In this document: in pieces, positions 38,973 through 48,971 of the stretch
Layout of the letters: every line of letters begins with the position of its first letter
Numbering within the stretch: the first letter of the stretch is position 1
Assembly (NCBI GenBank): GCA_023383815.1
Contig: JAHDYG010000008.1
Span: 35,474 to 99,473 of the forward strand
Length of the DNA stretch: 64,000 nucleotides
Direction: 5' to 3'
From: Rhodocyclaceae bacterium
GTDB lineage: Bacteria; Pseudomonadota; Gammaproteobacteria; Burkholderiales; Rhodocyclaceae
Program-made: the position numbers and the translations under genes
Notes under the pieces: model-generated
The model's input: only the letters and a program-made list of their open reading frames with translations
The model's database searches: none
Told to the model about the DNA's origin: nothing

Positions 38973-39618
38973 ACGATCCCAGACCGTAGTTCTCATCGAC
39001 GACCATCCGCTGTTCCGCAAGGGCCTCACCCAGCTCCTGCGCGCGGTCAAGGGTTTCCGGCTGGTGGGCGAGGCAGCGGGGGGTGAGGAAGGCTTCGGCT
39101 GCGTGCTCAAGCACCGCCCGGACCTGCTGCTGCTGGATCTGAACATGCGCGACATGTCGGGCCTGGAGGTCCTGCGTCTCGTGAAGCAGGCCGATCTGGA
39201 CACCCGTGTGGTGATGGTCACGGTTTCCGATGCGGCCGAAGATCTCGTTGCGGCGCTGCGCGCCGGGGCCGATGGCTATCTCCTCAAGGACATGGAGCCG
39301 GAGGTGATGATCGAGGCGCTGCAGGCTGCGGCCGCCGGGCGCATCGTCGTCTCGGACAACCTCACCCACCTGATGGCCGCGGCGCTGCGTCAGGATTCGC
39401 GCCCCGAATCGGTTGCGGCGGCGGGCCTCACCGAGCAGGAACAGAGAATCCTCGAGCGGATCGCCGCCGGCCTTTCGAACAAGCTGATCGCGCGCGAACT
39501 GGACATTTCCGAGGGCACGGTGAAGGTTCACGTCAAGCACGTCCTGCGCAAACTCAACCTGCGCTCGCGGGTGGAAGCGGCCGTGTGGGCGGTCGAGAAC
39601 GTCCGCAACGGACGCTGA
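38965..39618 (+). CDS. narL: Nitrate/nitrite response regulator NarL (REC + LuxR HTH)
   Basis: ATG 38965 overlaps the narX stop by 8 nt. VVLIDDHPLFR...LLLLDLNM and the LuxR HTH SNKLIARELDISEGTVKVHV. Confidence 0.9.
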   Translation: MSERSQTVVLIDDHPLFRKGLTQLLRAVKGFRLVGEAAGGEEGFGCVLKHRPDLLLLDLNMRDMSGLEVLRLVKQADLDTRVVMVTVSDAAEDLVAALRAGADGYLLKDMEPEVMIEALQAAAAGRIVVSDNLTHLMAAALRQDSRPESVAAAGLTEQEQRILERIAAGLSNKLIARELDISEGTVKVHVKHVLRKLNLRSRVEAAVWAVENVRNGR

Positions 39619-39760
39619 GCGGAGTCATTCCGGTCGTCCAGATCCGGCGGTGCAGCAAATCCGGCGCATCGCTGTAATGCACTGAAATGGTGCGTCTACG
39701 CCGTGTTGCCCGGTTCCGGGCGGCTGGTTTGCTGCGTCGCAAATAGTAGTCGTTCTCATG

Positions 39761-39774
39761 TTGACAGCCGTCAA
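39761..39774. promoter_or_regulatory. Fnr/Dnr-type box TTGAC-AGCC-GTCAA
   Basis: Perfect palindrome matching the TTGAY-N4-RTCAA class, centred 82 bp upstream of the napF ATG. Confidence 0.55.
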
Positions 39775-39849
39775 TGTCACCGGATGGTTCCGGGCATCAG
39801 ACTGAATGCCCATGAAGTCTGAAGGGTATTTTTTACCCGCCATCCGGAA

Positions 39850-40335
39850 ATGTCTGCATCCCGCCGTGCCTTCCTGAGAGGTCGTTTTTCGGCCCCGGTT
39901 GACGAGATCCGCCCCCCCTGGGCGATCGGGCGCAGCGCATTCGAACTCCGGTGTGACCGCTGCGAGGAGTGCATCCGGGCTTGCCCGACCGGCATCCTGC
40001 GCGCGGGCGATGGCGGCTTCCCGACGGTGTCCTTCGAGTCCGGTGAGTGCACCTTCTGCGGTGATTGCGAGCAGGTGTGCAAACCGGGGGCCCTGGAGCG
40101 CTCGGAACAGGATGTGCCGTGGTCGTTGAAGGTTCGTATCGGAGATGCGTGCCTTGCCGATCGTGGCGTCGAATGCAGGGTGTGTGGCGAAGCATGTGGT
40201 GCCGGAGCGATCCGCTTCCGTCCCAGGATTGGTGGTGTGGCCAGGCCTGAGACGGATCCGGCGGTCTGTAACGGCTGCGGCGCCTGCCACGCACCCTGCC
40301 CCGTTCGTGCGATAGCAATGGAGAGGCATCAATGA
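39850..40335 (+). CDS. napF: Ferredoxin-type protein NapF
   Basis: 161 aa with an N-terminal SRRAFLRG and four Cys clusters (CDRCEECIRACP, CTFCGDCEQVC, CRVCGEAC, CNGCGACHAPCP). Confidence 0.9.
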   Translation: MSASRRAFLRGRFSAPVDEIRPPWAIGRSAFELRCDRCEECIRACPTGILRAGDGGFPTVSFESGECTFCGDCEQVCKPGALERSEQDVPWSLKVRIGDACLADRGVECRVCGEACGAGAIRFRPRIGGVARPETDPAVCNGCGACHAPCPVRAIAMERHQ

Positions 40336-40586
40336 AGATTGCGAGCCTGGTGGTCCGGGCAAAACCCGAGGATTTCCCGGAACTGCGCGAGTCCTTGCGC
40401 GCAATCCCGGGGGTGGAACTGCATGGCGAGTCGAGCGATACGGGTCGTCTGATCGTGACGATCGAGGATGGCGACGGGTACTCCGTCACCGATTCGATCC
40501 TGGCGGTCAACCTGACCAGGCATGTGCTGGGCGTGACGCTGGCCTACGAATATACCGACGAAGGTCTCGAATTACAGGAGGCATGA
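40332..40586 (+). CDS. napD: NapA chaperone NapD
   Basis: 84 aa, [17 protein letters not shown] overlap with napF, directly upstream of napA. Confidence 0.9.
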   Translation: MKIASLVVRAKPEDFPELRESLRAIPGVELHGESSDTGRLIVTIEDGDGYSVTDSILAVNLTRHVLGVTLAYEYTDEGLELQEA

Positions 40587-40587
40587 C

Positions 40588-43134
40588 ATGAACATGGATC
40601 GACGCGAATTCATCAAGACCAACGCGGTGGCAGCCGCGGCGGCGACCGCGGGAATCGGCATTCCGGTGGTGGCGGCCGCGCAGCAGGCTGGAGATCCGGC
40701 CACGCGCGTGCGCTGGGACAAGGCAGCCTGCCGGTTCTGCGGCGTGGGCTGCTCGGTTCTGGTGGGCGTCCAGAACGGCCGGGTGGTTGCGACCCAGGGC
40801 GATCCGGACTCGCCGGTCAACCGGGGTCTGAACTGCATCAAGGGCTACTTCCTGTCGAAGATCATGTACGGCTCGGACCGTCTGACGCAGCCGCTGCTGC
40901 GCATGAAGGGCGGCAAGTTCGACAAGAACGGCGAGTTCACGCCGGTGTCGTGGCAACAGGCGTTCGACATCATGGAAGAGAAGTGGAAGGCCGCGCTGAA
41001 GCAGCATGGACCGGGGTCGATCGGCATGTTCGGCTCGGGCCAGTGGACGGTGTGGGAGGGCTACGCCGCGGCCAAACTGCACAAGGCCGGCTTCCGGACC
41101 AACAATCTCGATCCGAATGCGCGCCACTGCATGGCCTCGGCGGTTGCCGGGTTCATGCGCACCTTCGGCATCGACGAGCCGATGGGCTGCTACGACGACA
41201 TCGAGAACGCCGATGTCTTCGTCCTGTGGGGTTCGAACATGGCGGAGATGCACCCCATCCTGTGGAGCCGCGTGACCGACCGCCGCCTGTCGAAGGCGGG
41301 AACCGAGGTCCATGTGCTGTCGACCTTCGAGCACCGTTCGTTCGAACTGGCCGACAACGGCATGATCTTCGAGCCCAATACCGATCTGGCGATCCTCAAC
41401 TACATCTGCCATCACATCATCTCGACCGGCGCGGTGAACCAGGACTTCGTCGCCAAGCACGTGAACTTCAAGCGCGGCGAGACCGATATCGGCTACGGTC
41501 TGCGTCCGAACCATCCGCTCGAGGCGTCCGCGACCAACAACGGCTATCCCGGTGCCGATGGCAAGCCCAAGGGCAATCCGGCCAAGGCTGCCGACATGAC
41601 GTTCGATGAATTTGCCCAGTATGTGAGCGAGTACACGCTGGAGAAGGTCGCCAAGCTCTCGGGCGTGCCGGCCGAGCGCCTGCTGCGGCTGGCCCAGGCG
41701 TATGCCGATCCGGGCAAGAAGGTGACCTCGTTCTGGACCATGGGCGTCAATCAGCACACCCGCGGAACGTGGGTGAACAACATGATCTACAACGTGCATC
41801 TGTTGCTCGGAAAGATCTCGGAACCGGGCAACAGCCCGTTCTCGCTGACCGGCCAGCCCTCGGCCTGTGGCACTGCACGCGAGGTCGGAACCTTTGCGCA
41901 TCGCCTGCCGGCGGACATGGTCGTCATGAACCCGATGCATCGGGCCTTCAGCGAGGATATCTGGAAGCTTCCGGAAGGCACGATCCCGGGCAACATCGGC
42001 TTCCATGCCGTGGCGCAGAGCCGGGCACTGAAGGACGGCAAGCTCAAGTGCTACTGGACCTCGACGACCAACAACATGCAGGCGGGGCCGAACATCAACG
42101 ATGAACTGTACCCGGGCTGGCGCAATCCGGAGGCCTTCATCGTCGTCTCGGATTCCTATCCCACGGTCTCGGCGATGTCGGCCGATCTCATCCTTCCCAG
42201 CGCGATGTGGATGGAGAAGGAGGGCGCCTATGGCAATGCCGAGCGGCGCGGGCAGTTCTGGCGCCAGCAGGTCAAGGCGCCGGGCGAGGCCAAGAGCGAC
42301 CTGTGGCAGTACCTGGAGTTCTCGAAGCGGTTCAAGGTCGAGGAGGTGTGGCCCGAGGAACTGATTGCCAAGAAGCCGGAGTATCGTGGCAAGACGCTGT
42401 TCGACATCCTGTTCCGGAACGGTGAGGTGGACAAGTTCCCGGTCGAGGATGTGGCGAAGGTCAGCGAGCACGCCTGGGAAGGCTACATGAACGACGAATC
42501 CCAGGAGCTCGGGTTCTACGTTCAGAAGGGCCTGTTCGAGGAGTACGCGCGCTTTGGCCGCGGAAAGGCACACGATCTCGCGTACTTCGACGTCTATCAC
42601 AAGGCACGTGGCCTGCGCTGGCCGGTCGTCGACGGCAAGGAGACGCTGTGGCGCTTCCGCGAGGGCTACGATCCGTACGTCAAGGCCGGGGAAGGCGTGC
42701 GCTTTTATGGCCACAAGGATGGCAAGGCGATCATCTTCGCGCTGCCGTATGCCGAGCCGCCCGAGAAGCCCGATGCGGAGTTCGACATGTGGATGTGTAC
42801 CGGGCGTGTGCTGGAGCACTGGCACACCGGCTCGATGACCCGTCGGGTGCCGGAGCTGCACCGCTCGGTTCCCGAAGCACAGGTCTTCATGCATCCGGAC
42901 GACGCATCCCAGCGCGGCTTGCAGCGTGGCATGGCAGTCAAGGTTGCCTCGCGTCGTGGCGAAATCGTCGCCAGGCTCGAGACCCGTGGCCGCAACAAGC
43001 CGCCCAAGGGATTGATCTTCGTCCCGTTCTTCGATGAGGGCCGGCTTGTGAACAAGCTGTTGCTGGATGCGACCTGCCCGATCTCGAAAGAGACGGATTT
43101 CAAGAAGTGCCCGGTCAAGGTGGTGAAGGCCTGA
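40588..43134 (+). CDS. napA: Periplasmic nitrate reductase catalytic subunit NapA
   Basis: 848 aa. Tat signal DRREFIK, the [4Fe-4S] motif [10 protein letters not shown], and molybdopterin-oxidoreductase domains. Confidence 0.97.
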   Translation: MNMDRREFIKTNAVAAAAATAGIGIPVVAAAQQAGDPATRVRWDKAACRFCGVGCSVLVGVQNGRVVATQGDPDSPVNRGLNCIKGYFLSKIMYGSDRLTQPLLRMKGGKFDKNGEFTPVSWQQAFDIMEEKWKAALKQHGPGSIGMFGSGQWTVWEGYAAAKLHKAGFRTNNLDPNARHCMASAVAGFMRTFGIDEPMGCYDDIENADVFVLWGSNMAEMHPILWSRVTDRRLSKAGTEVHVLSTFEHRSFELADNGMIFEPNTDLAILNYICHHIISTGAVNQDFVAKHVNFKRGETDIGYGLRPNHPLEASATNNGYPGADGKPKGNPAKAADMTFDEFAQYVSEYTLEKVAKLSGVPAERLLRLAQAYADPGKKVTSFWTMGVNQHTRGTWVNNMIYNVHLLLGKISEPGNSPFSLTGQPSACGTAREVGTFAHRLPADMVVMNPMHRAFSEDIWKLPEGTIPGNIGFHAVAQSRALKDGKLKCYWTSTTNNMQAGPNINDELYPGWRNPEAFIVVSDSYPTVSAMSADLILPSAMWMEKEGAYGNAERRGQFWRQQVKAPGEAKSDLWQYLEFSKRFKVEEVWPEELIAKKPEYRGKTLFDILFRNGEVDKFPVEDVAKVSEHAWEGYMNDESQELGFYVQKGLFEEYARFGRGKAHDLAYFDVYHKARGLRWPVVDGKETLWRFREGYDPYVKAGEGVRFYGHKDGKAIIFALPYAEPPEKPDAEFDMWMCTGRVLEHWHTGSMTRRVPELHRSVPEAQVFMHPDDASQRGLQRGMAVKVASRRGEIVARLETRGRNKPPKGLIFVPFFDEGRLVNKLLLDATCPISKETDFKKCPVKVVKA

Positions 43135-43147
43135 GCGAGAGGGGGGC

Positions 43148-43180
43148 GGGCGGCGGGCGGTCAGTGAAGGCCCGCCGCCC
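43148..43180 (+). other. Intercistronic GC hairpin between napA and napG
   Basis: Perfect 11-bp arms GGGCGGCGGGC / GCCCGCCGCCC around an 11-nt loop. Confidence 0.4.
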
Positions 43181-43198
43181 GTACAGGGACGGCATGAG

Positions 43199-44056
43199 AT
43201 GAGCAACGCACGCGACAATCGGACGCCTCGCCCGGCAAGCCTGCCACGCCGCCGCTTCTTCAAGGAGATGGCCGGGGTGGCGGGAGGGGCTTGCCTGCTC
43301 GCGAGCGGGGTTGCGTTGTATTCGCGGCAGGCTTCGGCGCTGCCGGCGGTTGCGCTGCGTCCGCCTGGCGCGCTCGCGGAGTCCGAGTTCCTCGCAGCGT
43401 GCGTGCGCTGCGGCCTGTGCGTGCGCGATTGTCCGTATCACACGCTGAAGCTGTCCGAGCTCGGCGACGGCATCCCGACGGGAACACCGTATTTCGAGGC
43501 GCGCACGATCCCGTGCGAGATGTGCGAGGACATTCCATGCGTCGTCGCCTGTCCGACCGGCGCACTCGACCGCTCGCTCACCGACATCGACGCCGCGCGC
43601 ATGGGGCTCGCGGTGCTGATCGACCACGAGACCTGCCTCAACTTCCTCGGCCTGCGCTGCGACGTGTGCTACCGGGTGTGTCCGGTGATCGACAAGGCGA
43701 TCACGCTCGAGAAGACCCACAATCCGCGCTCGGACCGCCACGCGATGTTGCTGCCGACCGTTCATTCGGACCACTGCACCGGCTGCGGCAAGTGTGAGCA
43801 GGCCTGCGTGCTGCCGGGCGAAGCGGCGATCAAGGTCCTGCCGATCCGCCTTGCGCAGGGCTCGCGTGCCGAGCATTACCGGCGTGGCTGGGAAGAGCGC
43901 GAGGCGGCGGGCCGCTCGCTGATCGGCGATCAGCTCGAACTGCCGGTGCGCGGCATGGAAGGGCAGGCCTACGGCGACACGCGCCTGCGTCCGGATGCGC
44001 CGCCACCGCAAGCGCCGGAGCGTCCCGGTGGGGTCGATTCGGGGTGGCGGCCATGA
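43199..44056 (+). CDS. napG: Ferredoxin-type quinol dehydrogenase subunit NapG
   Basis: 285 aa. Tat motif PRRRFFKE and four 4Fe-4S Cys clusters. Confidence 0.9.
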   Translation: MSNARDNRTPRPASLPRRRFFKEMAGVAGGACLLASGVALYSRQASALPAVALRPPGALAESEFLAACVRCGLCVRDCPYHTLKLSELGDGIPTGTPYFEARTIPCEMCEDIPCVVACPTGALDRSLTDIDAARMGLAVLIDHETCLNFLGLRCDVCYRVCPVIDKAITLEKTHNPRSDRHAMLLPTVHSDHCTGCGKCEQACVLPGEAAIKVLPIRLAQGSRAEHYRRGWEEREAAGRSLIGDQLELPVRGMEGQAYGDTRLRPDAPPPQAPERPGGVDSGWRP

Positions 44057-44976
44057 GTACCGGACAGCTTCCGATCGGAGAAAAAGGCGTGGCGGTGCCC
44101 GAGGCCGGAGCGGGTCGGGCCGCAACCTTGCGGCCGGGGCTCGAAGCGGTGCACACGAAGGGGTGGTTGCGGGCCTCGAAATGGCTGCTGCTGCGCCGTG
44201 TGTCGCAAATAGGCATTCTCGCGCTGTTTCTCGTCGGCCCCTGGTTCGGATTGTGGATCGTCAAGGGCAATCTGTCTTCGAGCCTGACGCTGGGCGTGCT
44301 GCCGCTCACGGACCCCTTCCTGCTGGCGCAGTCGTTTGCGGCGGGCCACCTTCCGTACCGGGAGGCCCTGCTCGGAGGTGGCATCGTGCTTGCGTTCTAC
44401 CTGCTCCTGGGCGGACGCCTGTACTGCTCCTGGGTGTGTCCGGTCAATCTCGTCACCGATGCCGCGGCCTGGCTGCGACGGCGGCTCGGACTGAAGGGCG
44501 GCAAGGCGCCCGATCCGCGCCTGCGCTACGCCCTGCTCGGCTTCGTGCTGCTCATTGCAGCGCTGACCGGTACGCTGGCCTGGGAGTGGGTGAACCCGGT
44601 CTCGATGTTCCATCGTGGGCTGATCTTCGGTTTCGGTCTGGCGTGGGGCATCGTCGGCGGCGTGTTCCTGTACGACCTTCTGATCGTCAGCAGAGGCTGG
44701 TGCAGCCGGATCTGCCCGATGGGGGCCTTCTATGGCCTGCTCGGCCGGACTGCGCTCCTGCGGGTCACGGCCGACCGGCGGCGTACCTGCAACGACTGCA
44801 TGGATTGCTTTGCGGTTTGTCCCGAACCCCAGGTCATCCGCCCCGCCCTCAAGGCTGTCGGCCAGTCCCACCCGCTGATTCTCGACCAGGACTGCACGAC
44901 CTGCGGCCGATGTGTCGACGTGTGCAGCAAGAATGTGTTCCGAATTACGACCCGATTTGATAGGAGCGAGTCATGA
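44053..44976 (+). CDS. napH: Membrane quinol dehydrogenase subunit NapH
   Basis: ATG 44053 (ATGA overlap with napG). TM helices, with the C-terminal [12 protein letters not shown] and [12 protein letters not shown]. Confidence 0.9.
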   Translation: MSTGQLPIGEKGVAVPEAGAGRAATLRPGLEAVHTKGWLRASKWLLLRRVSQIGILALFLVGPWFGLWIVKGNLSSSLTLGVLPLTDPFLLAQSFAAGHLPYREALLGGGIVLAFYLLLGGRLYCSWVCPVNLVTDAAAWLRRRLGLKGGKAPDPRLRYALLGFVLLIAALTGTLAWEWVNPVSMFHRGLIFGFGLAWGIVGGVFLYDLLIVSRGWCSRICPMGAFYGLLGRTALLRVTADRRRTCNDCMDCFAVCPEPQVIRPALKAVGQSHPLILDQDCTTCGRCVDVCSKNVFRITTRFDRSES

Positions 44977-45425
44977 ACAGGAAAAACCGTACTCTGGTAC
45001 TTGCACTGGCGCTCACACTCGGCCTGAGTGCACTGGTTCCGTCCCAGGTGATCGCCCAGACGGTCAAGAGCGTGCGCGGCGTCGATGTCGGTGCCGCAGA
45101 GCCTGCGCCGGGGGATTTCCGCCTGCGTCCGGACGGGCCGCCGATCCCGCGCGACTACGTGCAGCAGCCCCCGATGGTGCCGCACAAGGTGGACGGCTAC
45201 GAGGTGTCGATGAACTTCAACAAATGCATGGACTGCCACGCCTGGAGCCGTTACCGCGAGCACAACGCGACCAAGGTGAGCCTCACGCACTTCAAGGACC
45301 GTGATGGCGGTGAACTCTCCAACATCTCGCCGCGCCGCTACTTCTGCCTGCAGTGCCACGTGCCACAGACCGACGCCCAGCCGCTGGTGGAGAACCGCTT
45401 CCAGCCGGCGACCGGACTGCGCTGA
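44973..45425 (+). CDS. napB: Diheme cytochrome c NapB
   Basis: 150 aa with a signal peptide and two CxxCH motifs (CMDCH, CLQCH). Confidence 0.9.
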   Translation: MNRKNRTLVLALALTLGLSALVPSQVIAQTVKSVRGVDVGAAEPAPGDFRLRPDGPPIPRDYVQQPPMVPHKVDGYEVSMNFNKCMDCHAWSRYREHNATKVSLTHFKDRDGGELSNISPRRYFCLQCHVPQTDAQPLVENRFQPATGLR

Positions 45426-45458
45426 GCGCTAGCGGCCGCATGACGAACGGGGAACGAC

Positions 45459-46085
45459 ATGACTGAAGAGAAGAAGAAAGGCCTGTGGCAGCGCGCACGC
45501 GCTGCCGGACTGGGGGGGCTGGGCATCGCCTTCGTGCTGGGCATCATTTTCTGGGGTGGGTTCAATACCGCGATGGAATGGACCAACACCGAGAAGTTCT
45601 GCATCTCGTGCCACGAGATGGAGGTGAACGTCTATTCCGAGTACCGCCAGACGACCCACTACCAGAACCGCACCGGGGTGCGGGCGACCTGCCCGGACTG
45701 TCATGTGCCGAAGGAGTGGGGGCCGAAGATGGTGCGCAAGATCTACGCCTCCAACGAACTGTGGCACCACTTCCTCGGCACGGTCGACACGCCCGAGAAG
45801 TTCGCGGCAAAACGCATGAAGCTCGCCGAGAACGAATGGCGGCGGATGAAGAAGAACGACTCGCGTGAATGCCGCAACTGCCACAGCTTCGAGTACTTCG
45901 ACTATTCGGCACAGGGTCGGCGCTCGAACCAGGCGCACCAGAAGGCGATTGTCGACAACAAGACCTGCATCGACTGCCACAAGGGGATCGCACACTCGCT
46001 GCCGCCGATCGCACAGGAAATCGGGGCCGAGCGCGAAGGTGTGGCGCCCGAAGTGTTCCATCCGCCCGGCACGCGCCAGCAGTAG
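45459..46085 (+). CDS. napC: Tetraheme cytochrome c NapC (NapC/NirT family)
   Basis: 208 aa with a TM anchor and four CxxCH motifs (CISCH, CPDCH, CRNCH, CIDCH). Confidence 0.95.
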   Translation: MTEEKKKGLWQRARAAGLGGLGIAFVLGIIFWGGFNTAMEWTNTEKFCISCHEMEVNVYSEYRQTTHYQNRTGVRATCPDCHVPKEWGPKMVRKIYASNELWHHFLGTVDTPEKFAAKRMKLAENEWRRMKKNDSRECRNCHSFEYFDYSAQGRRSNQAHQKAIVDNKTCIDCHKGIAHSLPPIAQEIGAEREGVAPEVFHPPGTRQQ

Positions 46086-46091
46086 GACATT

Positions 46092-46143
46092 CCGCGCCCG
46101 GGCGCGGCCCACGATCGCGGCATGCCCGCCGCGCTCGTGGGCC
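46092..46143 (+). terminator. Two overlapping GC hairpins after napC
   Basis: A 16-nt palindrome CCGCGCCCGGGCGCGG, then GGCCCACGA-N20-TCGTGGGCC. There is no T-tract. Confidence 0.35.
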
Positions 46144-46224
46144 GTGTCGTTCCGCAAAGGGCCGCGCGCCGGGCAACGCAACCCGGCTGCACAGAGCCGG
46201 GGCGATGTGGTTCAATGCCTTCCC

Positions 46225-46851
46225 ATGCTCGAAGCTCAAGAACTTGCCTGCCTGAAGGGCGACCGCCTGCTGTTCCGGGGGTTGTCGATGTCGCTCGACG
46301 TGTCCGGGATGCTGCGTGTCGCCGGTCCGAACGGGGTCGGCAAGACCAGCCTGCTGCGCATCCTGTGCGGACTGACGATGCCCGAGTACGGCATGGTGCG
46401 CTGGCACGGCGAGGACATCCGGCGTGACCGCGAGCGCTACCATCGCGCCCTGCTCTATCTCGGACATGCGCCGGCCCTCAACGATCTGCTCACCCCGCTC
46501 GAGAACCTGCGCTTCGCCTGCGCGTCGGGTGGCGAGGATCCGGGAGCCGAGGCCTGCCGCGCGGCGCTCGTGCGCATCGGCCTGGGCGGGCAGCTCGATC
46601 TGCCGGCGCGTGTGCTGTCACAGGGCCAGCGGCGACGCGTCGGGCTTGCCCGCCTCTTTCTTTCCGCGGCGCGCCCGTGCTGGATTCTCGACGAGCCGTT
46701 CACCGCGCTCGACGTCGCGGCGGTCGCGGATCTGACGGCGACGCTGGAGGCGCACTGCGAAGCGGGCGGTACGGTGATCCTGACGACCCACCAGGATGCG
46801 CCCTTCACTCGCGCGCCCCGCGTTCTGGATCTGTCCGGGGTGGCCTGTTGA
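46225..46851 (+). CDS. ccmA: Heme exporter ATPase CcmA
   Basis: ATG 46225 inside ORF 45865..46851. Walker A GPNGVGKTS and signature LSQGQRRR. Confidence 0.9.
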   Translation: MLEAQELACLKGDRLLFRGLSMSLDVSGMLRVAGPNGVGKTSLLRILCGLTMPEYGMVRWHGEDIRRDRERYHRALLYLGHAPALNDLLTPLENLRFACASGGEDPGAEACRAALVRIGLGGQLDLPARVLSQGQRRRVGLARLFLSAARPCWILDEPFTALDVAAVADLTATLEAHCEAGGTVILTTHQDAPFTRAPRVLDLSGVAC

Positions 46852-46859
46852 ACGGAAGC

Positions 46860-47528
46860 ATGCTGGGCCCCTTCCTCGCGGTGCTGCAACGCGATCTCAC
46901 GCTCGCCTGGCGCGGCCGTGCCGACGTGCTCGTGACGCTCGCCTTCTTCGTCATCGTGGTCTGCCTCTTTCCGTTCGGGGTCGGCGCCGAAACCAACCAG
47001 TTGCGTGCGATTGCACCAGGCGTGCTGTGGGTCGCGGCCCTGTTGTCGACGCTGCTGTCGCTGCACCGGCTGTTTGCGCAGGACCATGCGGACGGAACCC
47101 TGGAGCAGCTGCTGCTGTCTCCCGAACCGACCGCGCTGTGGGTGCTCGCGAAGGTGCTCGCGCACTGGATCGTCACCGGCCTGCCGCTGGTGATTGCCGC
47201 GCCGGGGCTGGCCCTGCTCTTTGACGTCGAGCAAGGCGCTCTCGGGGTGCTCGTTCTATCCTTGGCCCTCGGTTCGCCGATCCTCGCGCTGCTCGGCGCG
47301 GTCGGGGCGGCCCTGACGCTCGGATTGCGAAGCGGAGGAGTGCTGCTCGCGCTGCTGGTGCTGCCGCTTTTCGTGCCGGTGCTGATCTTTGGCGCCGGGG
47401 CAGTGGATTCGCATCTTGGCGGAACCGGTGCGACGGCGCACCTGCTGCTCCTGGGGGGCGGTCTGCTGGGGGCGATTGCGATGACGCCGTTCGCGTGTGC
47501 AGCGGCGCTCAGGATTGCGATGGAATGA
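46860..47528 (+). CDS. ccmB: Heme exporter membrane protein CcmB
   Basis: ATG 46860, 222 aa, multi-TM, with the FPFG region. Confidence 0.9.
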   Translation: MLGPFLAVLQRDLTLAWRGRADVLVTLAFFVIVVCLFPFGVGAETNQLRAIAPGVLWVAALLSTLLSLHRLFAQDHADGTLEQLLLSPEPTALWVLAKVLAHWIVTGLPLVIAAPGLALLFDVEQGALGVLVLSLALGSPILALLGAVGAALTLGLRSGGVLLALLVLPLFVPVLIFGAGAVDSHLGGTGATAHLLLLGGGLLGAIAMTPFACAAALRIAME

Positions 47529-48316
47529 TGAACGGAACGGAAACGGAAACAGAGGACGGAACGAAACGCTCGCGCAGTCTGCTGCGCTTTGCGGCACCCC
47601 AGGTGTTCTACCCGATCGCCGGACGGCTCGCGCCGTGGTTCGCGTGGCTTGCTGCCGGGCTCTGCGTGGCCGGCCTGTGGATCGGGTTCTTCGTCGCGCC
47701 GACCGACTTCCAGCAGGGCGAAGTCTACCGCGTCATCTTCATCCACGTGCCGGCAGCGTGGATGTCGATGTTCATCTACCTGATCATGGCGTTCTGGGCG
47801 GCCGTCGGGCTGGTGATGAACACCCGCCTGTCCTTCATGATGGCGCAGGCACTGGCGCCCACCGGAGCGATGTTCTGCTTCGTTTCGTTGTGGACCGGAG
47901 CCCTGTGGGGGCGTCCGACCTGGGGCACCTACTGGGTCTGGGATGCACGGCTGACCTCGCAGCTCTTGCTTCTGTTCCTGTACCTGGGTTTCATTGCACT
48001 GACGCAGGCGATCGAGGATTCGCGCCGGTCCGATCGCGCCGGGGCGATCATCGCCCTGGTCGGGGCGGTCAACGTACCGATCATCTACTTCTCGGTGCAA
48101 TGGTGGAACACCCTGCACCAGGGGGCCTCGGTCAGCCTCACCCGTGCGCCATCGATGGCCTCGACGATGCTCGTCGGCATGCTGCTGATGGCACTTGCCG
48201 CCTGGGCCTATACCTTCGCCGTGTCGTTCTGGCGCGTACGTTCGCTGATCCTCGAGCGTGAGCGCCATACCGAGTGGGTGGCAGCCGAGCTCGATGAGCA
48301 GGAGGCCCGTGCGTGA
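47525..48316 (+). CDS. ccmC: Heme exporter/heme lyase-associated protein CcmC
   Basis: 263 aa with the WWD-type motif WGTYWVWDARLTS. ATGA overlap with ccmB. Confidence 0.9.
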   Translation: MMNGTETETEDGTKRSRSLLRFAAPQVFYPIAGRLAPWFAWLAAGLCVAGLWIGFFVAPTDFQQGEVYRVIFIHVPAAWMSMFIYLIMAFWAAVGLVMNTRLSFMMAQALAPTGAMFCFVSLWTGALWGRPTWGTYWVWDARLTSQLLLLFLYLGFIALTQAIEDSRRSDRAGAIIALVGAVNVPIIYFSVQWWNTLHQGASVSLTRAPSMASTMLVGMLLMALAAWAYTFAVSFWRVRSLILERERHTEWVAAELDEQEARA

Positions 48317-48528
48317 TGCAGTGGACTTCGTGGAGTGCGTTCTGGGACATGGGCGGGGCCGGCCCCTTCGTCTGGGGGAGCTACGCCGTGACGGCCGTGC
48401 TGGTCGCGCTGGAACTCTTCTTCGTGTTGCGTCGTCGTAAGGAAACCGTGCGCCGTCTGTCGAGACTGCGGCGGGTGGTGCCGTCCGCGATCGAGCCGGG
48501 TGGCGCCGTCAAGGAGAGGATCGAATGA
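48316..48528 (+). CDS. ccmD: Heme exporter protein CcmD
   Basis: Small single-TM protein between ccmC and ccmE. ATG 48316 (GTG 48313 is also possible). Confidence 0.8.
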   Translation: MQWTSWSAFWDMGGAGPFVWGSYAVTAVLVALELFFVLRRRKETVRRLSRLRRVVPSAIEPGGAVKERIE

Positions 48529-48971
48529 AACCCCGCAGCAAGAGACTGATGCTGCTCGGCAGTGCGGTCGCGCTGCTCGTGGCGGCGGTCGCGCTGGTGT
48601 TGTCCGCGTTCCAGCAGAATCTGGTGTTCTTCCACACACCGTCCGAAGTGGCCGAGGGCAAGGCGCCGGTCGGCCGGGCCTTTCGCATTGGCGGCATGGT
48701 CGAGGAAGGATCGATCCGGCGCGAGGCCGACGGTCTGACCGTGCGCTTCGCGATCACCGACACGGCGAAGATCATTCCGGTCTCCTACCGTGGTTCGCTG
48801 CCCGATCTGTTCCAGGAGGGCAAGGGCGCCGTGGTGCAGGGCACGCTCGCGCCCGATGGCCTGTTCCACGCCTCCGAAGTCCTTGCCAAGCATGACGAGA
48901 ACTACATGCCGGTCGAGGCCCAGTACGCGATCGACCAGGCGCACAAGGCTGCGCAGACGGTGCAGCAATGA
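48525..48971 (+). CDS. ccmE: Heme chaperone CcmE
   Basis: 148 aa with a TM anchor and the heme-binding region [10 protein letters not shown]. Confidence 0.95.
   Translation: MKPRSKRLMLLGSAVALLVAAVALVLSAFQQNLVFFHTPSEVAEGKAPVGRAFRIGGMVEEGSIRREADGLTVRFAITDTAKIIPVSYRGSLPDLFQEGKGAVVQGTLAPDGLFHASEVLAKHDENYMPVEAQYAIDQAHKAAQTVQQ

Noticed and set aside
39824-39838. A GGGTA-N5-TACCC palindrome just upstream of the napF ATG, considered as a NarL/NarP site.
   Set aside because: The heptamers (AAGGGTA and TACCCGC) are tail-to-tail with 5-bp spacing rather than the 7-2-7 head-to-head arrangement. Each deviates from TACYYMT, and the palindrome sits over the expected RBS. It is mentioned only as an observation.
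40507-43263. A 918-aa minus-strand ORF.
   Set aside because: It is antisense to napA, which has a Tat signal, an Fe-S motif and molybdopterin domains in its own frame.
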